In this document: positions 56,565-64,000 of the stretch, one piece after another
Layout of the letters: each line of letters opens with the position of its first letter
Position numbering within the stretch: position 1 is the first letter of the stretch
IMG/VR virus record: IMGVR_UViG_3300020419_000005
Length of the DNA: 64,000 nt
DNA from: a virus
Strand: one strand, 5' to 3'
The notes under the pieces: generated by a model
Seen by the model: only the letters and a program-made list of their open reading frames with translations
The model's database searches: none
Told to the model about the DNA's origin: nothing
Translations under genes and position numbers: made by a program

Positions 56565-58442
56565 TTAGATTCCACCTGCGGGAGGAACATAATCTACGAT
56601 AGTATAGTCACTTACATTGTTAACAAATCCATTCACTTGTGCACTCATATCTGCACTTGAAGCATATACAATCAGATGAGATCCAGGTCCTATAACTAAA
56701 CCTTTATGTTCTACTGTTGCGTTAGCACCAATAGCAGAATCATAATAGAGATAATCTCCAGTCTCCACATCAGTTGCAGCAGTCACACTACTTACTGTTG
56801 CTATTGATCTTGTTAGACCCTGTACAGGAGGAGTATCTGGGAATGTATCAGACCCTGTGAAAGCAGCAGGTGAATCATTATCAACAAATACTTTCAACTT
56901 ACTTGTAGCAGTGTCCCAAGAAGTTACATAACCGAAAGCACCTGCTGTTACAGTACCAATAGTCTGTGATGCAGTACCAACTGTAAATGTATTACCAGTT
57001 ATAGGAGTTCCAACTACATCATAGATGAATACCTCTGTAAAAGTAGGATCAGGGTTTATATCAATAGATCCAGAGTATCCTGCTGTACCATCAGCATAAT
57101 AGAATACGGGATCAGGAGTCGTAGCAGAAATTGCAATTTCAATGTATGCAGTACCACCAGAACCTGCTGTACCAACCTTTGTAACACCAGTTGTGAACTC
57201 AGTTCCTGGGGTTGGAGTAGCGTTTGTTCCATCATTAACATCAGAAAATCTTAATGCTAAAGATGTATTTGTAGAATCAGAAATATCAAATCTATAAGTT
57301 TGATCTACATTTAACTGGAATGTTGTATCTGGTTTAACTTCTTGTCCTGATACAGTTGCCCAGATATATCCCGCTGTAAATGTTTTATCAACTGTGATAG
57401 TATCTTGAACAACAGCAGTTGCTCCTGATGTACCACCTGTTAATGTCTCACCTGTTTTAAAGATGAAGAAACCTGCTGAACCCGCTGCTGTTAATGGAGT
57501 GACTGTTACACCATCGTTATGGTTAGCATCAGTTGTACCCATCATTCCACGAGTAACTGTAACGTCATTAGTAGAAACGTTAGTTGCTTGCATAATTTCA
57601 TTACCAACAACAATGTATGAACCAGAAAGTATGGCAGCACCACTGGTTACAGTTAAAGTTGTGTCTCCCGCTGCAAAAGTACCACCCTCGTTAATAGTTG
57701 TGGTAGTTCCAGATGGAGTATATGCTGTTACGTATTGACCTGGGGTATGTGTTGCAGGAGTTGTACCAAAGGTTCCACGTGTGATTGTTAATTGCCCAGG
57801 TCCTGTAGTACCTGAGTCAAATGTTGCAGCACTGACAGTAACTACCTCGGCAGATGCAGTTCCGTCAGATAAGAATAGATAATCGTTAGCATTAATGTTT
57901 GTGGCAGAAGTAACAGGTACTGAGGTAACACCAGTTCCCATATTTGCCATCTCAATATTTAAACCCGTAGAAGTTGTTCCTCTAAATGTTGCAGTCAATG
58001 TAGAAACACTACCAGTTATTGTTTCACCACCTTGGAATGTACCCGCATTTTGTGCTGAGTCAACTCCGATAGTACTTGTGGTTCCAACTTTTGTATAGTA
58101 AGTTGTAGTGGTTGTAGTTTTTACAACGTCAGCAAGTTTTGCTGTGAAATTACTTTGACCACCTGTAATTGCTAAACCTGGGGTTGCGTCTCCAACAGTC
58201 AATCCTGGGTTTAGTGCTATCTTATACTTTGATAATACATTACCTTTTTGAAATTTGTAAGTATTAGCATCAAGTGTAAGTTCTTGAGTGTAATCTTTAT
58301 GTGCCAGTCTGTACGTTCCCGCTGAACCTCCACGGTTGCATACGTGTACAACACCCGATGTAGTGTCGTTAATATCGGAACTGTATAAGACTGTATTTGT
58401 AGTTGCAGACGGTGCTACCGCTGCTAGTCTTCCTGCTTTCAT
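56565..58442 (-). CDS. Thr/Gly-rich virion structural protein
   Basis: Two ITRG..GTT.A.H repeats; YRFDISD and FYY domain. Confidence 0.7.
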   Translation of the reverse strand: MKAGRLAAVAPSATTNTVLYSSDINDTTSGVVHVCNRGGSAGTYRLAHKDYTQELTLDANTYKFQKGNVLSKYKIALNPGLTVGDATPGLAITGGQSNFTAKLADVVKTTTTTTYYTKVGTTSTIGVDSAQNAGTFQGGETITGSVSTLTATFRGTTSTGLNIEMANMGTGVTSVPVTSATNINANDYLFLSDGTASAEVVTVSAATFDSGTTGPGQLTITRGTFGTTPATHTPGQYVTAYTPSGTTTTINEGGTFAAGDTTLTVTSGAAILSGSYIVVGNEIMQATNVSTNDVTVTRGMMGTTDANHNDGVTVTPLTAAGSAGFFIFKTGETLTGGTSGATAVVQDTITVDKTFTAGYIWATVSGQEVKPDTTFQLNVDQTYRFDISDSTNTSLALRFSDVNDGTNATPTPGTEFTTGVTKVGTAGSGGTAYIEIAISATTPDPVFYYADGTAGYSGSIDINPDPTFTEVFIYDVVGTPITGNTFTVGTASQTIGTVTAGAFGYVTSWDTATSKLKVFVDNDSPAAFTGSDTFPDTPPVQGLTRSIATVSSVTAATDVETGDYLYYDSAIGANATVEHKGLVIGPGSHLIVYASSADMSAQVNGFVNNVSDYTIVDYVPPAGGI

Positions 58443-58449
58443 TTTTTAG

Positions 58450-59784
58450 TTACCATCCTGCTGCAAAATGTTGTTGTAATCTAAGTCTGCCACCTAGATC
58501 TGGTGCTGAAATTGGACCACCAAACGAAACACCCAATGTGCCTACGTTCGCTGTTGATAGTAGTGTAGCATCAGCATCAGGGAACTGAATTGTTTTAGTT
58601 CCTGTGATATTACTTAGATCAAGGTTAACAATCCTTTGATCATCTACTTCATCAACTAATTTTAATGCGACAATAGATTTGTTGCTTAAAATCTGAGTTG
58701 CTTGCGTCGCAACTAAAGTGTTGTTTGCAAGTATATTTGTATTTAGGTTAGTTGCAGGGAACTCATATTTAAGAGTAGTTGCACCCGAAACATTTGCTAA
58801 GTCAAAGAAAATACGAGCAGTAGTATCAGCACCACTAACAAAGTAGGGGTCTGCATAGTTTTTGTTCGTAAAGTTTTGAGTTGCTTCAATACCTGCTACT
58901 GTGAACGATTGATCAGGGAATGTAACAGTTCTATCTGTTGTAACTGCTCCCGAAGCAAACGTAACTTTTGGTGTTGGTGCATTTGGATCTCCCGATGCAA
59001 TATCAGATATTGAAGGGTTGATCAAATTCTTGTTACTAACGTCTTGTTCAGTAATAGTATCTATCAGAGTTGACTGTGATGCTGAAGTTCCATAGTCAGG
59101 TAGTCTGTAGATGTGTTCTACTGGTGATTCCCAAGAGTCAGTTTCAAACTTTGCTATCTTTCCCGCATTTGATGAACCAATTATCTGTAAGTTACCATCC
59201 TGTATGATGATAGTCTTATTAGATATTGTCTGTGCAGTGTCATTACCTATAAGAGTTGTAGATGTGAAACTTCCTGTGTTAGGTAAAGCAAAGGTACGAA
59301 TACCTGCACCTGTTGACACATTAGAAATTTCAAACTTTGCTCTTTTATCAGGGTTCTGATCATCTGCTAAGAAAAAGTTAACATCTGTAAGTTCTGTAGG
59401 TCCATTCACTAAAAATTTCCCAGAACCTTGCGGTCTGAGATCTATGTTCACATTGGATGAAGTTGTGTCACCTGCAATCAATCGAATAGTTGCTGATCCA
59501 TCAGCATTATTCTGCTTCCTATAGTACATAGATGATGTACCGAAAGCAAGACCTATTTCGTTATATGCGTTTTGGTATAATCCAGTGTCTCTATCCAAAT
59601 CAAAACTAAGACCTGGTGCGGACTGTGACCCTGCACTAATTCCTTTGAAAAGTTGGTTTATCCTTGCTTTTCTATTTGGTATTAGAGGGTCAGATATGAC
59701 AACAGGTAGAATCGCTTCACCAGTTAACACTTCATCCGCTAGAGTCTCTAATTGTGAAATTCTCTTTGTTCCCACAGCACTCAA
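58450..59784 (-). CDS. Tail-fibre-like structural protein
   Basis: KRISQL, PGLSFD.DRDTGLY and repeated T.TFPD..T...Q.LSNK units; start may be the GTG at 59775; TATAAATA at 59804-59811. Confidence 0.7.
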   Translation of the reverse strand: MSAVGTKRISQLETLADEVLTGEAILPVVISDPLIPNRKARINQLFKGISAGSQSAPGLSFDLDRDTGLYQNAYNEIGLAFGTSSMYYRKQNNADGSATIRLIAGDTTSSNVNIDLRPQGSGKFLVNGPTELTDVNFFLADDQNPDKRAKFEISNVSTGAGIRTFALPNTGSFTSTTLIGNDTAQTISNKTIIIQDGNLQIIGSSNAGKIAKFETDSWESPVEHIYRLPDYGTSASQSTLIDTITEQDVSNKNLINPSISDIASGDPNAPTPKVTFASGAVTTDRTVTFPDQSFTVAGIEATQNFTNKNYADPYFVSGADTTARIFFDLANVSGATTLKYEFPATNLNTNILANNTLVATQATQILSNKSIVALKLVDEVDDQRIVNLDLSNITGTKTIQFPDADATLLSTANVGTLGVSFGGPISAPDLGGRLRLQQHFAAGW

Positions 59785-59826
59785 GCGTTATTTGATACAA
59801 TCTTATTTATACAAGTTTCACCTGTC

Positions 59827-60129
59827 CTAATCCCTTTGTCTCCAATCATCTGATCTATTGTCATTGTGAAACCAATCCGCTATGTCATCTGCACCGCTGA
59901 AACCCTTTTTATGTTTACTTGAATCCGAGTCTCCTATATCCAAGTACTTAAGAAAAGTTGAGTCATCATCCGTTTTTAATCTTCTTGCTTGACTTAGCAT
60001 TCCTCTTGCTGATGTATTTGCTTTTGATAATTTCTCTGCCCATATCATATCATCTAAACTTACTTCTTGGTTCGCTGCAATAGACTTACAGATACCTTCT
60101 AACCGAAGGCGATAGGCAGTTGATAACAT
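59827..60129 (-). CDS. Conserved cyanophage hypothetical protein (MLSTAYRLRLE...DWRQRD)
   Basis: ORF track; GATAAATA upstream. Confidence 0.75.
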   Translation of the reverse strand: MLSTAYRLRLEGICKSIAANQEVSLDDMIWAEKLSKANTSARGMLSQARRLKTDDDSTFLKYLDIGDSDSSKHKKGFSGADDIADWFHNDNRSDDWRQRD

Positions 60130-60155
60130 AAATTAATAAGTAATATTAATTTTAT

Positions 60156-60308
60156 TTATCTCTCAGATACCTGTTGTATTAGTGTGTCAATAGATCGAGA
60201 CATACTGCGATACCCCGTTCCTACGTATAATTGTCCTAGAAATACAGACACGGTTGCTGCTCCCCAGAATACATAATACCATTTACTTTTAATTTGGTAG
60301 CGTTTCAT
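60156..60308 (-). CDS. Small membrane protein
   Basis: Hand translation MKRYQIKSKWYYVFWGAATVSVFLGQLYVGTGYR... Confidence 0.6.
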   Translation of the reverse strand: MKRYQIKSKWYYVFWGAATVSVFLGQLYVGTGYRSMSRSIDTLIQQVSER

Positions 60309-60396
60309 ACTATAAATACTGATAGAATTAGGAATAAGTCAATGCACTGAAACCTGCTTTACATTATATCATATAAACTGAAAAGGAGCAAAACTT

Positions 60397-60546
60397 ATGA
60401 CACATAATATTGTCCCATACAATCAACTCAGAAATTTTCAACCATCAGAGGATCAGATGTTAGATGAATATTATGATTGTATTGTAGAATGTAGAGAAGA
60501 CCAAGGACTGTGTAAACGATATTGTCGTTCTATCCTTGAAAGATAA
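60397..60546 (+). CDS. Small CX3C-X6-CX3C protein, picocyanobacterial-like
   Basis: Hand translation MTHNIVPYNQL...EYYDCIVECREDQGLCKRYCRSILER; AAGGAG RBS; TATAAATA at 60311; terminator downstream. Confidence 0.75.
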   Translation: MTHNIVPYNQLRNFQPSEDQMLDEYYDCIVECREDQGLCKRYCRSILER

Positions 60547-60548
60547 AA

Positions 60549-60580
60549 AGAAAGAGGTCGCTAGGGGACCTCTTTTTATT
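60549..60580. terminator. Bidirectional intrinsic terminator
   Basis: AAAGAGGTC-7nt-GACCTCTTTTT between convergent genes. Confidence 0.75.
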
Positions 60581-60746
60581 CGGGAAATTTTAACATCGTA
60601 TTATGCTCTATCGTTTTTGCAGCGTCTGCTAGTGCGTCTCTGACAGTAGGTTGTTGACCTGTTGCCTGATAAGCAAGATTGTTTTGGTCTGTCATTGACC
60701 ATCTCCACTGGTGCATTTCATTACAATACCAGAGTTGTATTTGCAT
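60576..60746 (-). CDS. Small conserved cyanophage hypothetical protein
   Basis: Hand translation MQIQLWYCNEMHQWRWSMTD... Confidence 0.6.
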   Translation of the reverse strand: MQIQLWYCNEMHQWRWSMTDQNNLAYQATGQQPTVRDALADAAKTIEHNTMLKFPE

Positions 60747-60762
60747 ATGGTGTTCGTGTAAG

Positions 60763-61023
60763 TTAATAGGGAATCTCCGTATCGCACTTAACTAAGTGTG
60801 CGTCTAATTCAAATATAATCGGGTGACATAACTCTTGTATTAAATATGATGAGGATTGATAGATTTCCTCCATAGTTAACCAAGTATTTCTATTTGCCAA
60901 CTCTATCATATCTGAGTCGGGTCTGTTAATTTCGTCGAAAGTGAATGCTAAACCATTAAGATAATAAATCCTACACAATCCTATTTTGACGACATAACGG
61001 AAGTCGGAATAGATGCGGTACAT
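60763..61023 (-). CDS. Conserved cyanophage hypothetical protein
   Basis: ORF track; YLIQE.CHP motif. Confidence 0.6.
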   Translation of the reverse strand: MYRIYSDFRYVVKIGLCRIYYLNGLAFTFDEINRPDSDMIELANRNTWLTMEEIYQSSSYLIQELCHPIIFELDAHLVKCDTEIPY

Positions 61024-61454
61024 TTGCTGAATAAGAAAGGACCTTTTTTGGAACCCCAGAGCAATTCCCCTTCCTCGTCATACCCTTTATCATCAGACTC
61101 AAAAGAATCTTTAGTTAAAGTTATTGTAGAAACAACTACACCTCTGCCATTATGGGCATCTGGTTCGTTCTTACCTATCCAACCTCTCTCACTTTCAGTA
61201 AAGATTAGACTAGGCATTTTTTTATCAGCGTTAAATGTTTCTAACAGTATGTGATCTTTTTTAGAAACGACATTGTGTGTTCGCTCGCGATACACTTCTC
61301 CGTTCCAGTCATACCACTGTTTTGAACTCAGACGACCTTCATCATTGAAATACCAATAGTAATGGATATATGCAAATGAAGATGGCCACATTTGTGCCTG
61401 TCTCAAATTATGCCAGTGGTGAACCAAAAGATCCAGAAAGGGTTGTTGATCCAT
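60981..61454 (-). CDS. cpeT: CpeT/CpcT-like phycobiliprotein lyase
   Basis: W.NLRQAQ..P..FAYI, YRER and S.DKGYD..G..LWGS..GPF.F motifs. Confidence 0.75.
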   Translation of the reverse strand: MDQQPFLDLLVHHWHNLRQAQMWPSSFAYIHYYWYFNDEGRLSSKQWYDWNGEVYRERTHNVVSKKDHILLETFNADKKMPSLIFTESERGWIGKNEPDAHNGRGVVVSTITLTKDSFESDDKGYDEEGELLWGSKKGPFLFSKCTASIPTSVMSSK

Positions 61455-61469
61455 CGTATATTTTATATA

Positions 61470-61742
61470 TTATAATTGCTCTTTGAGTTCACCTAATGTT
61501 TCAGTCACGTAACTTTTGACTTCTGCATCACTTGGTAAGGTAACACCAGGTATAGGGGGTGGTGGACCTGTCATAGGTATAGGTGGAGTCTCTAATGCTT
61601 CTACCTGTAACTGTCCGTCAGGGATTCCATTCATTAGAATGTTTCCTTTATCTCCTTCTATGAGAACTGTCTCTCCTCTTTCAACAAGTTTGAAAACAAA
61701 ATTTAAGTTCTCAACTGCTTCATCTTTTGTAATTCTGATCAT
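61470..61742 (-). CDS. Phd/YefM-like small protein with Pro-rich tail
   Basis: IT..EA..NL..V...VERGETVLI N-terminus. Confidence 0.45.
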   Translation of the reverse strand: MIRITKDEAVENLNFVFKLVERGETVLIEGDKGNILMNGIPDGQLQVEALETPPIPMTGPPPPIPGVTLPSDAEVKSYVTETLGELKEQL

Positions 61743-61948
61743 AATTGATAATGTCTTTTATCTGATGGAATTGATGCTTGAATTATCTCAACCATCTCTT
61801 GAAAATTTTTAGCACCTTCTTCATCAAATTCATAAGGAACTATAGTTTGATCTCCTTCACTATTTAAAATAGTTACGGTTCGTTTTGGAAAGTCAATAAT
61901 GACTTCTTCGATTGTGGTTTCCATTGCGTCCCAATAATCTTCAATCAT
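61739..61948 (-). CDS. Conserved cyanophage hypothetical protein
   Basis: ORF track. Confidence 0.6.
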   Translation of the reverse strand: MIEDYWDAMETTIEEVIIDFPKRTVTILNSEGDQTIVPYEFDEEGAKNFQEMVEIIQASIPSDKRHYQL

Positions 61949-61954
61949 TATAAC

Positions 61955-64000
61955 TTAATTTAACATCAATGGCAACCCGTAAATATTGGTAGGACCAACT
62001 CTACAACCGAATGATGCTTTACCTGCTGTTACACCGTATCTTATAGTTCCTACACCTAGAACACTATTAGTAATAGCACCTATACCTTTAATTCTTTCTG
62101 TGATAATTGAAGGAACACCTGCACCAACACCAATGGTTGCTCTAACAGAACCAACTGTACCACCCATAGTTTCAACTATACCACAAGGTTTTGTAGTTCC
62201 CACAACAGAACGTATATAAGCAGCAGGTAATAAAGATCCTGTTAATCCTTCACTTTGTAATACAACATCAGGACCTTTTATCATAGTTAATCTACCTGTA
62301 ATAGCAATAGGTAGAGGATTTAACATACCAATCATTGTATAGATTTGGTTGTTTACAAAATTAGTTTCCCAAGCACATTCGTTGATAATCTCACCAGAAA
62401 TAGCATTCATTAATGCTTGTGCTTTATTGTTGATACTATTTGCATTGACTTCATAGTCGCCAATAGCAGTCATTGTCATATTTGCTGCTTGTATTCCATA
62501 AGTTCCTTGATAGTTTACTTCGTGATCAGCAGCAACAACCTGTGTAGATTTTGCTTGTTGTGTTCCTGCTGTAGATCCATCTTCACCTTCTACACCAACA
62601 CCATTTGATGCGTGTTGATCGTGTGAACCACCAACTTCTACTTTAAAATCTCCATTAACTTTTAAAGTGTAATCACCTTCAATAGTTACACAATGATTAC
62701 CTTTGACGTTTGTACATAAATCCTTACCAACAATTTTAGTTTCATTTCCAGGTTGGTTATAATGTGTATTACCAAAACGATCTGATATTTTAGTCTGTCC
62801 ACCTGTATCCATAACAATAGTCTTCTCTTTACCTTTGTTATTATCTTGGATAATAGAAGAACCATTCATAAAGGTTTGCACTTCCATATCATAGGATTTT
62901 AGACCTTGATACATTTCAGTGATAATATCACCTTGAGTTTGTGGTTTACCAGTTACGACATCTATACCAACCTCTCGTGTCATAAATTCTGGAGCAGTTG
63001 TGCAACTGCTAGATCCCCACAATGGCAACCAGAAATTACTCTTAGATTTTCTTATCTGTCGTCCACAATTTTTCTTTGCTAATAAAGATGTAATTAAACC
63101 AAGAATTATTTTTACAATATTCTGGAAGTTTAACTTACTAAAATCCATTTGGAAGATACTTTGGATCTTACCTACCATTGATCTAAACTTACCAATAGCA
63201 TCTCTTGCAGTTGCTATCGCAGAAACAATAACATTAATAGTTTTAGTTATCTTTTGTAGACCTGCTTTTATCTTACCCATTATGGCACCTACTGCACCAC
63301 TTACAGCAGTAGCAATACCATCATATACCTTCTGTACTATCATACCTGACAATGTAGCAGCAAACGCAGCGGTATTACTAAATGCAGACGATATTAGACC
63401 TAATATATGTGCTGCCTCAAACTTACAGAATATAGTGAAGAGTGATGATGCTACATCCATTAAAGTTGTGATAATACCTGTAGGTATAACATTACTAAGT
63501 AATGATTTTAGTTTTCCTATAACTGCTTCTATAACTTTTGCCATCACTTCTTTCATCCAAGACATAATGCCTGAGATTCCATTAGCAATCGCTAGGTTAA
63601 TACCTTTCATTGCTTTATTTAATATTTTATTATCTACCTTCTTACCTGTAATAATAGAAATCATATTACCCGCAGGATCTTTTGCTAACGATGATGCAAG
63701 ATTACCTGCTTCTCTTAACATTCTCTCTAAATCTGTCTCAAATCCTGCTCCCGCAGGTCCTGCTGCTCCATCTGCAATACCAAAAATATCGGTAGGAATC
63801 AGCATAGGGTTTGTTGCATAATGTCCTTCAAGTCCTCTACCTAAAATACCAAGAATACCTCTATCTGTTGCTTCTCCACCATCTGAATTTGCAGGTTGTT
63901 CTCCTGTCTTATTAAATGGAGTTCCTCCTGCTACATCGGTTCCTGAGTAATCTTGTGATTGTTCTGGTAGTGGATCTGGTGCCTTTGTTGGGTCTGCTAT
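61955..64000 (-). CDS. gp5: gp5-like baseplate hub/spike protein, 5' end outside the window
   Basis: V.G-type 8-residue beta-helix repeats (VGKD..TNVKGN..VTIEGD..LKVNGD..VEVGG); frame checked open from 63805 to 64000. Confidence 0.75.
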   Translation of the reverse strand: MADPTKAPDPLPEQSQDYSGTDVAGGTPFNKTGEQPANSDGGEATDRGILGILGRGLEGHYATNPMLIPTDIFGIADGAAGPAGAGFETDLERMLREAGNLASSLAKDPAGNMISIITGKKVDNKILNKAMKGINLAIANGISGIMSWMKEVMAKVIEAVIGKLKSLLSNVIPTGIITTLMDVASSLFTIFCKFEAAHILGLISSAFSNTAAFAATLSGMIVQKVYDGIATAVSGAVGAIMGKIKAGLQKITKTINVIVSAIATARDAIGKFRSMVGKIQSIFQMDFSKLNFQNIVKIILGLITSLLAKKNCGRQIRKSKSNFWLPLWGSSSCTTAPEFMTREVGIDVVTGKPQTQGDIITEMYQGLKSYDMEVQTFMNGSSIIQDNNKGKEKTIVMDTGGQTKISDRFGNTHYNQPGNETKIVGKDLCTNVKGNHCVTIEGDYTLKVNGDFKVEVGGSHDQHASNGVGVEGEDGSTAGTQQAKSTQVVAADHEVNYQGTYGIQAANMTMTAIGDYEVNANSINNKAQALMNAISGEIINECAWETNFVNNQIYTMIGMLNPLPIAITGRLTMIKGPDVVLQSEGLTGSLLPAAYIRSVVGTTKPCGIVETMGGTVGSVRATIGVGAGVPSIITERIKGIGAITNSVLGVGTIRYGVTAGKASFGCRVGPTNIYGLPLMLN

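Noticed and set aside
63000-63821. 273-aa plus-strand ORF
   Set aside because: Antisense shadow of the gp5-like gene; no RBS or promoter

Overview
A 64-kb, AT-rich segment of a T4-like marine cyanomyovirus (Kyanoviridae-like; the low GC and cpeT suggest a Prochlorococcus/Synechococcus host). Almost all genes are on the minus strand. Read in the direction of transcription (64000 to 1), the window holds five blocks. (i) A gp5-like spike gene cut by the right edge, small conserved cyanophage ORFs and a cpeT-like lyase. (ii) Tail-fibre/virion genes, each behind a T4-type late promoter. (iii) A tightly packed run from a His/Gly-rich adhesin-like gene and its putative chaperone through two flavin-dependent halogenases to seven intact and one degenerate 2OG-Fe(II) oxygenases (about 40.9-52.1 kb). 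(iv) An early/host-takeover island (about 27.9-39.5 kb) of small, often very acidic ORFs, including ArdA-like, PvuII-like, HNH and SF2 helicase genes. Most units there have their own promoter cassette with shared motifs, and two intergenic stretches look like structured RNAs. (v) A baseplate module: PAAR, gp25, gp6 and a giant gp7-like ORF of more than 6,380 codons that runs off the left edge and is absent from the ORF track. The two best candidates for undescribed systems are (a) the adhesin-halogenase-oxygenase operon, a possible virion-protein tailoring locus, and (b) the regulatory layer of the early island: a shared AACAC leader motif, a putative sRNA with a complementary loop, covarying promoter hairpins, OmpR-type tandem boxes and local GGATC avoidance. 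All calls come from motif recognition by eye; no database searches or counts were run.
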